A stretch of DNA of 64,000 bases from Tubulanus polymorphus. Taxonomy: Eukaryota; Animalia; Nemertea. Of the stretch, positions 28,405 through 42,100 are shown in pieces (position 1 is the first letter of the stretch; the number at the start of each line of letters is the position of its first letter). The stretch lies in contig NC_134031.1 in NCBI RefSeq assembly GCF_964204645.1, positions 21,422,017-21,486,016 of the forward strand, given 5' to 3'. Below the pieces are notes generated by a model, which was given only the letters and a program-made list of their open reading frames with translations, did no database searches and was not told the origin of the DNA. Both the position numbers and the translations under genes were made by a program.

Positions 28405-30399
28405 AGACTGAACTGATTTCGAGTAGATGGACTGAAAGATACAGATTTTTCTTGCAAAATAGGGTCCTAAAGATGATGAGTTCTATCTTAATTGATGGGT
28501 TAGGGTGTACTGAACTGATTTCAAATAGATAGGTGGAAAGATTAAGAATTTTCTGGCTATTTATGCTCCTGAAGATGATGGACTCGATCTGAAATGATAG
28601 GTTAAGGTAAACTGAACTGATTTCGAATAGATGGACTGAAAGATACAGATTTTTCTTGCAAAATAGGGTCCTAAAGATGATGAATTCTATCTTAATTGAT
28701 GGGTTAGTGTGTACTGAACTGATTTCAAATAGATAGGTTGAAAGATTAAGAATTTTCTGGCTGCTTTTGGTTCTGAAGATGATGGATTCAATCTGAAAAG
28801 ATGTGTTAAGGCGTATTGAACTGATTTCGAATAGATAGGTGGAAAGATTAAGAATTTTCTGGCTATTTATGCTCCTGAAGATGATGGACTCGATCTGAAA
28901 TGATAGGTTATGGTAAACTGAACTGATTTCGAGTAGATGGACTGAAAGATACAGATTTTTCTTGCAAAATAGGGTCCTAAAGATGATGAATTCTATCTTA
29001 ATTGATGGGTTAGGGTGTACTGAACTGATTTCAAATAGATAGGTTGAAAGAATCAGAATTTTCTGGCTGCTTTTGGTTCTGAAGATGATGGATTCAATCT
29101 GAAAAGATGTGTTAAGGCGTATTGAACTGATTTCAAATAGATAGGTGGAAAGATTAAGAATTTTCTGGCTATTTATGCTCCTGAAGATGATGGACTCGAT
29201 CTGAAATGATAGGTTAAGGTAGACTGAACTGATTTCGAATAGATGGACTGAAAGATACAGATTTTTCTTGCAAAATAGGGTCCTAAAGATGATGAATTCT
29301 ATCTTAATTGATGGGTTAGGGTGTACTGAACTGATTTCAAATAGATAGGTTGAAAGAATCAGAATTTTCTGGCTGCTTTTGGTTCTGAAGATGATGGATT
29401 CAATCTGAAAAGATGTGTTAAGGCGTATTGAACTGATTTCAAATAGATAGGTGGAAAGATTAAGAATTTTCTGGCTATTTATGCTCCTGAAGATGATGGA
29501 CTCGATCTGAAATGATAGGTTAAGGTAGACTGAACTGATTTCGAGTAGATGGACTGAAATATACAGATTTTTCTTGCAAAATAGGGTCCTAAAGATGATG
29601 AATTATATCTTAATTGATGGGTTAGGGTGAACTGAACTGATTTCAAATAGATAGGTGGAAAGATTAAGAATTTTCTGGCTATTTATGCTCCTGAAGATGA
29701 TGGACTCGATCTGAAATGATAGGTTAAGGTAAACTGAACTGATTTCGAGTAGATGGACTGAAAGATACAGATTTTTCTTGCAAAATAGGGTCCTAAAGAT
29801 TATGAATTCTATCTTAATTGATGGGTTAGGGTGTACTGAACTGATTTCAAATAGATAGGTTGAAAGAATCAGAATTTTCTGGCTGCTTTTGGTTCTGAAG
29901 ATGATGGATTCAATCTGAAAAGATGTGTTAAGGCGTATTGAACTGATTTCAAATAGATAGGTGGAAAGATTAAGAATTTCCTGGCTATTTATGCTCCTGA
30001 AGATGATGGACTCGATCTGAAATGATAGGTTAAGGTAAACTGAACTGATTTCGAGTAGATGGACTGAAAGATACAGATTTTTCTTGCAAAATAGGGTCCT
30101 AAAGATGATGAATTCTATCTTAATTGATGGGTTAGGGTGTACTGAACTGATTTCAAATAGATAGGTTGAAAGAATCAGAATTTTCTGGCTGCTTTTGGTT
30201 CTGAAGATGATGGATTCAATCTGAAAAGATGTGTTAAGGCGTATTGAACTGATTTCAAATAGATAGGTGGAAAGATTAAGAATTTCCTGGCTATTTATGC
30301 TCCTGAAGATGATGGACTCGATCTGAAATGATAGGTTAAGGTAAACTGAACTGATTTCGAGTAGATGGACTGAAAGATACAGATTTTTCTTGCAAAATA

Positions 30400-33300
30400 G
30401 GGTCCTAAAGATGATGAATTCTATATTAATTGATGTGTTAGGGTGTACTGAACTGATTTCAAATAGATAGGTTGAAAGAATCAGAATTTTCTGGCTGCTT
30501 TTGGTTCTGAAGATGATGGATTCAATCTGAAAAGATGTGTTAAGGCGTATTGAACTGATTTCAAATAGATAGGTGGAAAGATTAAGAATTTTTCTGGCTA
30601 TTTATGCTCCTGAAGATGATGGACTCGATCTGAAATGATAGGTTAAGGTAGACTGAACTGATTTCGAGTAGATGGACTGAAAGATACAGATTTTTCTTGC
30701 AAAATAGGGTCCTAAAGATGATGAGTTCTATCTTAATTGATGGGTTAGGGTGTACTGAACTGATTTCAAATAGATAGGTGGAAAGATTAAGAATTTTCTG
30801 GCTATTTATGCTCCTGAAGATGATGGACTCGATCTGAAATGATAGGTTAAGGTAAACTGAACTGATTTCGAATAGATGGACTGAAAGATACAGATTTTTC
30901 TTGCAAAATAGGGTCCTAAAGATGATGAATTCTATCTTAATTGATGGGTTAGGGTGAACTGAACTGATTTCAAATAGATAGGTGGAAAGAATCAGAATTT
31001 TCTGGCTGCCTTTGGTTCTGAAGATGATGGACTCAATCTGAAAAGATGGGCTAAGGCGTATTGAACTGATTTCAAATAGATAGGTGGAAAGATTAAGAAT
31101 TTTCTGGCTATTTATGCTCCTGAAGATGATGGACTCGATCTGAAATGATAGGTTAAGGTAAACTGAACTGATTTCGAGTAGATGGACTGAAAGATACAGA
31201 TTTTTCTTGCAAAATAGGGTCCTAAAGATGATGAATTCTATCTTAATTGATGGGTTAGGGTGTACTGAACTGATTTCAAATAGATAGGTTGAAAGATTAA
31301 GAATTTTCTGGCTGCTTTTGGTTCTGAAGATGATGGATTCAATCTGAAAAGATGTGTTAAGGCGTATTGAACTGATTTCGAATAGATAGGTGGAAAGATT
31401 AAGAATTTTCTGGCTATTTATGCTCCTGAAGATGATGGACTCGATCTGAAATGATAGGTTATGGTAAACTGAACTGATTTCGAGTAGATGGACTGAAAGA
31501 TACAGATTTTTCTTGCAAAATAGGGTCCTAAAGATGATGAATTCTATCTTAATTGATGGGTTAGGGTGTACTCAACTGATTTCAAATAGATAGGTTGAAA
31601 GAATCAGAATTTTCTGGCTGCTTTTGGTTCTGAAGATGATGGATTCAATCTGAAAAGAAGTGTTAAGGCGTATTGAACTGATTTCAAATAGATAGGTGGA
31701 AAGATTAAGAATTTTCTGGCTATTTATGCTCCTGAAGATGATGGACTCGATCTGAAATGATAGGTTAAGGTAGACTGAACTGATTTCGAGTAGATGGACT
31801 GAAAGATACAGATTTTTCTTGCAAAATAGGGTCCTAAAGATGATGAATTCTATCTTAATTGATGGGTTAGGGTGAACTGAACTGATTTCAAATAGATAGG
31901 TGGAAAGAATCAGAATTTTCTGGCTGCCTTTGGTTCTGAAGATGATGGACTCAATCTGAAAAGATGGGCTAAGGCGTATTGAACTGATTTCAAATAGATA
32001 GGTGGAAAGATTAAGAATTTTCTGGCTATTTATGCTCCTGAAGATGATGGACTCGATCTGAAATGATAGGTTAAGGTAAACTGAACTGATTTCGAGCAGA
32101 TGGACTGAAAGATACAGATTTTTCTTGCAAAATAGGGTCCTAAAGATGATGAGTTCTATCTTAATTGATGGGTTAGGGTGTTCTGAACTGATTTCAAATA
32201 GATAGGTGGAAAGAATCAGAATTTTCTGGCTGCTTTTGGTTCTGAAGATGATGGATTCAATCTGAAAAGATGGGTTAAGGCGTATTGAACTGATTTCAAA
32301 TAGATAGGGGGAAAGATTAAGAATTTTCTGGCTATTTATGCTCCTGAAGATGATGGACTCGATCTGAAATGATAGGTTAAGGTAGACTGAACTGATTTCG
32401 AGTAGATGGACTGAAAGATACAGATTTTTCTTGCAAAATAGGGTCCTAAAGATGATGAGTTCTATCTTAATTGATGGGTTAGGGTGTACTGAACTGATTT
32501 CAAATAGATAGGTTGAAAGAATCAGAATTTTCTGGCTGCTTTTGGTTCTGAAGATGATGGATTCAATCTGAAAAGATGGGTTAAGGCGTATTGAACTGAT
32601 GTCAAATAGATAGGTGGAAAGATTAAGAATTTTCTGGCTATTTATGCTCCTGAAGATGATGGACTCGATCTGAAATGATAGGTTAAGGTAGACTGAACTG
32701 ATTTCGAGTAGATGGACTGAAAGATACAGATTTTTCTTGCAAAATAGGGTCCTAAAGATGATGAATTCTATCTTAATTGATGGGTTAGGGTGAACTGAAC
32801 TGATTTCAAATAGATGGGTGGAAAGAATCAGAATTTTCTGGCTGCCTTTGGTTCTGAAGATGATGGATTCAATCTGAAAAGATGTGTTAAGGCGTATTGA
32901 ACTGATTTCAAATAGATTGGTGGAAAGATTAAGAATTTTCTGGCTATTCATGCTCCTGAAGATGATGGACTCGATCTGAAATGATAGGTTAAGGTAAACT
33001 GAACTGATTTCGAGTAGATGGACTGAAAGATACAGATTTTTCTTGCAAAATAGGGTCCTAAAGATGATGAATTCTATCTTAATTGATGGGTTAGGGTGTA
33101 CTGAACTGATTTCAAATAGATGGGTGGAAAGAATCAGAATTTTCTGGCTGCCTTTGGTTCTGAAGATGATGGACTCAATCTTAAAAGATAGGCTAAGGTG
33201 TATTGAACTGATTTCAAATAGATAGGTGGAAAGATTAAGAATTTTCTGGCTATTTATGCTCCTGAAGATGATGGACTCGATCTGAAATGATAGGTTAAGG

Positions 33301-36300
33301 TAGACTGAACTGATTTCGAGTAGATGGACTGAAAGATACAGATTTTTCTTGCAAAATAGGGTCCTAAAGATGATGAATTATATCTTAATTGATGGGTTAG
33401 GGTGAACTGAACTGATTTCAAATAGATAGGTGGAAAGATTAAGAATTTTCTGGCTATTTATGCTCCTGAAGATGATGGACTCGATCTGAAATGATAGGTT
33501 AAGGTAAACTGAACTGATTTCGAGTAGATGGACTGAAAGATACAGATTTTTCTTGCAAAATAGGGTCCTAAAGATGATGAATTCTATATTAATTGATGGG
33601 TTAGGGTGTACTGAACTGATTTCAAATAGATAGGTTGAAAGAATCAGAATTTTCTGGCTGCTTTTGGTTCTGAAGATGATGGATTCAATCTGAAAAGATG
33701 TGTTAAGGCGTATTGAACTGATTTCAAATAGATAGGTGGAAAGATTAAGAATTTTTCTGGCTATTTATGCTCCTGAAGATGATGGACTCGATCTGAAATG
33801 ATAGGTTAAGGTAGACTGAACTGATTTCGAGTAGATGGACTGAAAGATACAGATTTTTCTTGCAAAATAGGGTCCTAAAGATGATGAGTTCTATCTTAAT
33901 TGATGGGTTAGGGTGTACTGAACTGATTTCAAATAGATAGGTGGAAAGATTAAGAATTTTCTGGCTATTTATGCTCCTGAAGATGATGGACTCGATCTGA
34001 AATGATAGGTTAAGGTAAACTGAACTGATTTCGAATAGATGGACTGAAAGATACAGATTTTTCTTGCAAAATAGGGTCCTAAAGATGATGAATTCTATCT
34101 TAATTGATGGGTTAGGGTGAACTGAACTGATTTCAAATAGATAGGTGGAAAGAATCAGAATTTTCTGGCTGCCTTTGGTTCTGAAGATGATGGACTCAAT
34201 CTGAAAAGATGGGCTAAGGCGTATTGAACTGATTTCAAATAGATAGGTGGAAAGATTAAGAATTTTCTGGCTATTTATGCTCCTGAAGATGATGGACTCG
34301 ATCTGAAATGATAGGTTAAGGTAAACTGAACTGATTTCGAGTAGATGGACTGAAAGATACAGATTTTTCTTGCAAAATAGGGTCCTAAAGATGATGAATT
34401 CTATCTTAATTGATGGGTTAGGGTGTACTGAACTGATTTCAAATAGATAGGTTGAAAGATTAAGAATTTTCTGGCTGCTTTTGGTTCTGAAGATGATGGA
34501 TTCAATCTGAAAAGATGTGTTAAGGCGTATTGAACTGATTTCGAATAGATAGGTGGAAAGATTAAGAATTTTCTGGCTATTTATGCTCCTGAAGATGATG
34601 GACTCGATCTGAAATGATAGGTTATGGTAAACTGAACTGATTTCGAGTAGATGGACTGAAAGATACAGATTTTTCTTGCAAAATAGGGTCCTAAAGATGA
34701 TGAATTCTATATTAATTGATGGGTTAGGGTGTACTGAACTGATTTCAAATAGATAGGTTGAAAGAATCAGAATTTTCTGGCTGCTTTTGGTTCTGAAGAT
34801 GATGGATTCAATCTGAAAAGATGTGTTAAGGCGTATTGAACTGATTTCAAATAGATAGGTGGAAAGATTAAGAATTTTTCTGGCTATTTATGCTCCTGAA
34901 GATGATGGACTCGATCTGAAATGATAGGTTAAGGTAGACTGAACTGATTTCGAGTAGATGGACTGAAAGATACAGATTTTTCTTGCAAAATAGGGTCCTA
35001 AAGATGATGAGTTCTATCTTAATTGATGGGTTAGGGTGTACTGAACTGATTTCAAATAGATAGGTGGAAAGATTAAGAATTTTCTGGCTATTTATGCTCC
35101 TGAAGATGATGGACTCGATCTGAAATGATAGGTTAAGGTAAACTGAACTGATTTCGAATAGATGGACTGAAAGATACAGATTTTTCTTGCAAAATAGGGT
35201 CCTAAAGATGATGAATTCTATCTTAATTGATGGGTTAGGGTGAACTGAACTGATTTCAAATAGATAGGTGGAAAGAATCAGAATTTTCTGGCTGCCTTTG
35301 GTTCTGAAGATGATGGACTCAATCTGAAAAGATGGGCTAAGGCGTATTGAACTGATTTCAAATAGATAGGTGGAAAGATTAAGAATTTTCTGGCTATTTA
35401 TGCTCCTGAAGATGATGGACTCGATCTGAAATGATAGGTTAAGGTAAACTGAACTGATTTCGAGTAGATGGACTGAAAGATACAGATTTTTCTTGCAAAA
35501 TAGGGTCCTAAAGATGATGAATTCTATCTTAATTGATGGGTTAGGGTGTACTGAACTGATTTCAAATAGATAGGTTGAAAGATTAAGAATTTTCTGGCTG
35601 CTTTTGGTTCTGAAGATGATGGATTCAATCTGAAAAGATGTGTTAAGGCGTATTGAACTGATTTCGAATAGATAGGTGGAAAGATTAAGAATTTTCTGGC
35701 TATTTATGCTCCTGAAGATGATGGACTCGATCTGAAATGATAGGTTATGGTAAACTGAACTGATTTCGAGTAGATGGACTGAAAGATACAGATTTTTCTT
35801 GCAAAATAGGGTCCTAAAGATGATGAATTCTATCTTAATTGATGGGTTAGGGTGTACTCAACTGATTTCAAATAGATAGGTTGAAAGAATCAGAATTTTC
35901 TGGCTGCTTTTGGTTCTGAAGATGATGGATTCAATCTGAAAAGAAGTGTTAAGGCGTATTGAACTGATTTCAAATAGATAGGTGGAAAGATTAAGAATTT
36001 TCTGGCTATTTATGCTCCTGAAGATGATGGACTCGATCTGAAATGATAGGTTAAGGTAGACTGAACTGATTTCGAGTAGATGGACTGAAAGATACAGATT
36101 TTTCTTGCAAAATAGGGTCCTAAAGATGATGAATTCTATCTTAATTGATGGGTTAGGGTGAACTGAACTGATTTCAAATAGATAGGTTGAAAGAATCAGA
36201 ATTTTCTGGCTGCCTTTGGTTCTGAAGATGATGGACTCAATCTGAAAAGATGGGCTAAGGCGTATTGATCTGATTTCAAATAGATAGGTGGAAAGATTAA

Positions 36301-37600
36301 GAATTTTCTGGCTATTAATGCTCCTGAAGATGATGGACTCGATCTGAAATGATAGGTTAAGGTAAACTGAACTGATTTCGAGCAGATGGACTGAAAGATA
36401 CAGATTTTTCTTGCAAAATAGGGTCCTAAAGATGATGAGTTCTATCTTAATTGATGGGTTAGGGTGTACTGAACTGATTTCAAATAGATAGGTGGAAAGA
36501 ATCAGAATTTTCTGGCTGCTTTTGGTTCTGAAGATGATGGATTCAATCTGAAAAGATGGGTTAAGGCGTATTGAACTGATTTCAAATAGATAGGGGGAAA
36601 GATTAAGAATTTTCTGGCTATTTATGCTCCTGAAGATGATGGACTCGATCTGAAATGATAGGTTAAGGTAGACTGAACTGATTTCGAGTAGATGGACTGA
36701 AAGATACAGATTTTTCTTGCAAAATAGGGTCCTAAAGATGATGAGTTCTATCTTAATTGATGGGTTAGGGTGTACTGAACTGATTTCAAATAGATAGGTT
36801 GAAAGAATCAGAATTTTCTGGCTGCTTTTGGTTCTGAAGATGATGGATTCAATCTGAAAAGATGGGTTAAGGCGTATTGAACTGATGTCAAATAGATAGG
36901 TGGAAAGATTAAGAATTTTCTGGCTATTTATGCTCCTGAAGATGATGGACTCGATCTGAAATGATAGGTTAAGGTAGACTGAACTGATTTCGAGTAGATG
37001 GACTGAAAGATACAGATTTTTCTTGCAAAATAGGGTCCTAAAGATGATGAATTCTATCTTAATTGATGGGTTAGGGTGAACTGAACTGATTTCAAATAGA
37101 TGGGTGGAAAGAATCAGAATTTTCTGGCTGCCTTTGGTTCTGAAGATGATGGATTCAATCTGAAAAGATGTGTTAAGGCGTATTGAACTGATTTCAAATA
37201 GATTGGTGGAAAGATTAAGAATTTTCTGGCTATTCATGCTCCTGAAGATGATGGACTCGATCTGAAATGATAGGTTAAGGTAAACTGAACTGATTTCGAG
37301 TAGATGGACTGAAAGATACAGATTTTTCTTGCAAAATAGGGTCCTAAAGATGATGAATTCTATCTTAATTGATGGGTTAGGGTGTACTGAACTGATTTCA
37401 AATAGATGGGTGGAAAGAATCAGAATTTTCTGGCTGCCTTTGGTTCTGAAGATGATGGACTCAATCTGAAAAGATAGGCTAAGGTGTATTGAACTGATTT
37501 CAAATAGATAGGTGGAAAGATTAAGAATTTTCTGGCTATTTATGCTCCTGAAGATGATGGACTCGATCTGAAATGATAGGTTAAGGTAGACTGAACTGAT
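30400..37600. repeat. Higher-order duplication with period 4286 bp (42 monomers + 2 bp)
   Basis: TACTCAACTG at 31572/35858, AAAGAAGTGTT near 31658/35944, GATAGGGGGAAAG near 32308/36594, CTATTCATGC near 32949/37235 and +T at 30589/34875. The twin 459-aa ORFs have the same offset. Confidence 0.9.
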
Positions 37601-39119
37601 TTCGAGTAGATGGACTGAAAGATACAGATTTTTCTTGCAAAATAGGGTCCTAAAGATGATGAATTCTATCTTAATTGATGGGTTAGGGTGTACTGAACTG
37701 ATTTCAAATAGATAGGTTGAAAGATTAAGAACTTTCTGGCTGCTTTTGGTTCTGCAGATGATGGATTCAATCTGAAAAGATGGGTTTAGGCGTATTGAAC
37801 TGATTTCAAATGGATAGGTGGAAAGATTAAGAATTTTCTGGCTATTTATGCTCCTGAAGATGATGGACTCGATCTGAAATGATAGGTTAAGGTAAACTGA
37901 ACTGATTTCGAGTAGATGGACTGAAAGATATAGATTTTTCTTGCAAAATAGGGTCCTAAAGATGATGAATTCTATCTTAATTGATGGGTTAGGGTGTACT
38001 GAACTGATTTCAAATAGATAGGTTGAAAGAATCAGAATTTTCTGGCTGCCTTTGGTTCTGAAGATGATGGACTCAATCTGAAAAGATGGGTTAAGGCGTA
38101 TTGAACTGATTTCAAATAGATAGGTGGAAAGATTAAGAATTTTCTGGCTATTTATGCTCCTGAAGATGATGGACTCGATCTGAAATGATAGGTTAAGGTA
38201 AACTGAACTGATTTCGAGTAGATGGACTGAAAGATACAGATTTTTCTTGCAAAATAGGGTCCTAAAGATGATGAATTCTATCTTAATTGATGGGTTAGGG
38301 TGTACTGAACTGATTTCAAATAGATTGGTTGAAAGAATCAGAATTTTCTGGCTGCTTGTGGTTCTGAAGATGATGGATTCAATCTGAAAAGATGTGTTAA
38401 GGCGTATTGAACTGATTTCAAATAGATAGGTGGAAAGATTAAGAATTTTCTGGCTATTTATGCTCCTGAAGATGATGGACTCGATCTGAAATGATAGGTT
38501 AAGGTAGACTGAACTGATTTCGAGTAGATGGACTGAAAGATACAGATTTTTCTTGCAAAATAGGGTCCTAAAGATGATGAATTCTATCTTAATTGATGGG
38601 TTAGGGTGAACTGAACTGATTTCAAATAGATGGGTGGAAAGAATCAGAATTTTCTGGCTGCCTTTGGTTCTGAAGATGATGGACTCAATCTGAAAAGATA
38701 GGCTAAGGCGTATTGAACTGATTTCAAATACATAGGTGGAAAGATTAAGAATTTTCTGGCTATTTATGCTCCTGAAGATGATGGACTCGATCTGAAATGA
38801 TAGGTTAAGGTAAACTGAACTGATTTCGAGTAGATGGACTGAAAGATACAGATTTTTCTTGCAAAATAGGGTCCTAAAGATGATGAATTCTATCTTAATT
38901 GATGGGTTAGGGTGTACTGAACTGATTTCAAATAGATAGGTTGAAAGAATCAGAATTTTCTGGCTGCTTTTGGTTCTGAAGATGATGGATTCAATCTGAA
39001 AAGATGTGTTAAGGCGTATTGAACTGATTTCAAATAGATAGGTGGAAAGATTAAGAATTTCCTGGCTATTTATGCTCCTGAAGATGATGGACTCGATCTG
39101 AAATGATAGGTTAAGGTAA

Positions 39120-42100
39120 ACTGAACTGATTTCGAGTAGATGGACTGAAAGATACAGATTTTTCTTGCAAAATAGGGTCCTAAAGATGATGAATTCTATC
39201 TTAATTGATGGGTTAGGGTGTACTGAACTGATTTCAAATAGATAGGTTGAAAGAATCAGAATTTTCTGGCTGCTTTTGGTTCTGAAGATGATGGATTCAA
39301 TCTGAAAAGATGTGTTAAGGCGTATTGAACTGATTTCAAATAGATAGGTGGAAAGATTAAGAATTTTCTGGCTATTTATGCTCCTGAAGATGATGGACTC
39401 GATCTGAAATGATAGGTTAAGGTAGACTGAACTGATTTCGAGTAGATGGACTGAAAGATACAGATTTTTCTTGCAAAATAGGGTCCTAAAGATGATGAGT
39501 TCTATCTTAATTGATGGGTTAGGGTGTACTGAACTGATTTCAAATAGATAGGTGGAAAGATTAAGAATTTTCTGGCTATTTATGCTCCTGAAGATGATGG
39601 ACTCGATCTGAAATGATAGGTTAAGGTAAACTGAACTGATTTCGAATAGATGGACTGAAAGATACAGATTTTTCTTGCAAAATAGGGTCCTAAAGATGAT
39701 GAATTCTATCTTAATTGATGGGTTAGGGTGTACTGAACTGATTTCAAATAGATAGGTTGAAAGATTAAGAATTTTCTGGCTGCTTTTGGTTCTGAAGATG
39801 ATGGATTCAATCTGAAAAGATGTGTTAAGGCGTATTGAACTGATTTCGAATAGATAGGTGGAAAGATTAAGAATTTTCTGGCTATTTATGCTCCTGAAGA
39901 TGATGGACTCGATCTGAAATGATAGGTTATGGTAAACTGAACTGATTTCGAGTAGATGGACTGAAAGATACAGATTTTTCTTGCAAAATAGGGTCCTAAA
40001 GATGATGAATTCTATCTTAATTGATGGGTTAGGGTGTACTGAACTGATTTCAAATAGATAGGTTGAAAGAATCAGAATTTTCTGGCTGCTTTTGGTTCTG
40101 AAGATGATGGATTCAATCTGAAAAGATGTGTTAAGGCGTATTGAACTGATTTCAAATAGATAGGTGGAAAGATTAAGAATTTTCTGGCTATTTATGCTCC
40201 TGAAGATGATGGACTCGATCTGAAATGATAGGTTAAGGTAGACTGAACTGATTTCGAGTAGATGGACTGAAAGATACAGATTTTTCTTGCAAAATAGGGT
40301 CCTAAAGATGATGAATTCTATCTTAATTGATGGGTTAGGGTGAACTGAACTGATTTCAAATAGATAGGTGGAAAGAATCAGAATTTTCTGGCTGCCTTTG
40401 GTTCTGAAGATGATGGACTCAATCTGAAAAGATAGGCTAAGGCGTATTGAACTGATTTCAAATAGATAGGTGGAAAGATTAAGAATTTTCTGGCTATTTA
40501 TGCTCCTGAAGATGATGGACTCGATCTGAAATGATAGGTTAAGGTAAACTGAACTGATTTCGAGTAGATGGACTGAAAGATACAGATTTTTCTTGCAAAA
40601 TAGGGTCCTAAAGATGATGAATTCTATCTTAATTGATGGGTTAGGGTGTACTGAACTGATTTCAAATAGATAGGTTGAAAGAATCAGAATTTTCTGGCTG
40701 CTTTTGGTTCTGAAGATGATGGATTCAATCTGAAAAGATGTGTTAAGGCGTATTGAACTGATTTCAAATAGATAGGTGGAAAGATTAAGAATTTCCTGGC
40801 TATTTATGCTCCTGAAGATGATGGACTCGATCTGAAATGATAGGTTAAGGTAAACTGAACTGATTTCGAGTAGATGGACTGAAAGATACAGATTTTTCTT
40901 GCAAAATAGGGTCCTAAAGATGATGAATTCTATATTAATTGATGGGTTAGGGTGTACTGAACTGATTTCAAATAGATAGGTTGAAAGAATCAGAATTTTC
41001 TGGCTGCTTTTGGTTCTGAAGATGATGGATTCAATCTGAAAAGATGTGTTAAGGCGTATTGAACTGATTTCAAATAGATAGGTGGAAAGATTAAGAATTT
41101 TTCTGGCTATTTATGCTCCTGAAGATGATGGACTCGATCTGAAATGATAGGTTAAGGTAGACTGAACTGATTTCGAGTAGATGGACTGAAAGATACAGAT
41201 TTTTCTTGCAAAATAGGGTCCTAAAGATGATGAGTTCTATCTTAATTGATGGGTTAGGGTGTACTGAACTGATTTCAAATAGATAGGTGGAAAGATTAAG
41301 AATTTTCTGGCTATTTATGCTCCTGAAGATGATGGACTCGATCTGAAATGATAGGTTAAGGTAAACTGAACTGATTTCGAGTAGATGGACTGAAAGATAC
41401 AGATTTTTCTTGCAAAATAGGGTCCTAAAGATGATGAATTCTATCTTAATTGATGGGTTAGGGTGAACTGAACTGATTTCAAATAGATAGGTGGAAAGAA
41501 TCAGAATTTTCTGGCTGCCTTTGGTTCTGAAGATGATGGACTCAATCTGAAAAGATGGGCTAAGGCGTATTGAACTGATTTCAAATAGATAGGTGGAAAG
41601 ATTAAGAATTTTCTGGCTATTTATGCTCCTGAAGATGATGGACTCGATCTGAAATGATAGGTTAAGGTAAACTGAACTGATTTCGAGTAGATGGACTGAA
41701 AGATACAGATTTTTCTTGCAAAATAGGGTCCTAAAGATGATGAATTCTATCTTAATTGATGGGTTAGGGTGTACTGAACTGATTTCAAATGGATAGATGG
41801 AAAGATTAAGAATTTTCTGGCTATTTATGCTCCTGAAGATGATGGACTCGATCTGAAATGATAGGTTAAGGTAAACTGAACTGATTTCGAGTAAATGGAC
41901 TGAAAGATACAGATTTTTCTTGCAAAATAGGGTCCTAAAGATGATGAATTCTATCTTAATTGATGGGTTAGGGTGAACTGAACTGATTTCAAATAGATAG
42001 GTGGAAAGAATCAGAATTTTCTGGCTGCCTTTGGTTCTGAAGATGATGGACTCAATCTGAAAAGATGTGTTAAGGCGTATTGAACTGATTTCAAATAGAT

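Noticed and set aside
33043-33225. 60-aa plus-strand ORF
   Set aside because: A chance gap between stops produced by a few variants in one repeat unit.
31572-37237. Twin 459-aa ORFs starting with ATG
   Set aside because: The ATG comes from one rare SNP (ATTCAT) and the stop from another (TACTCA). Both were copied by the 4286-bp duplication.
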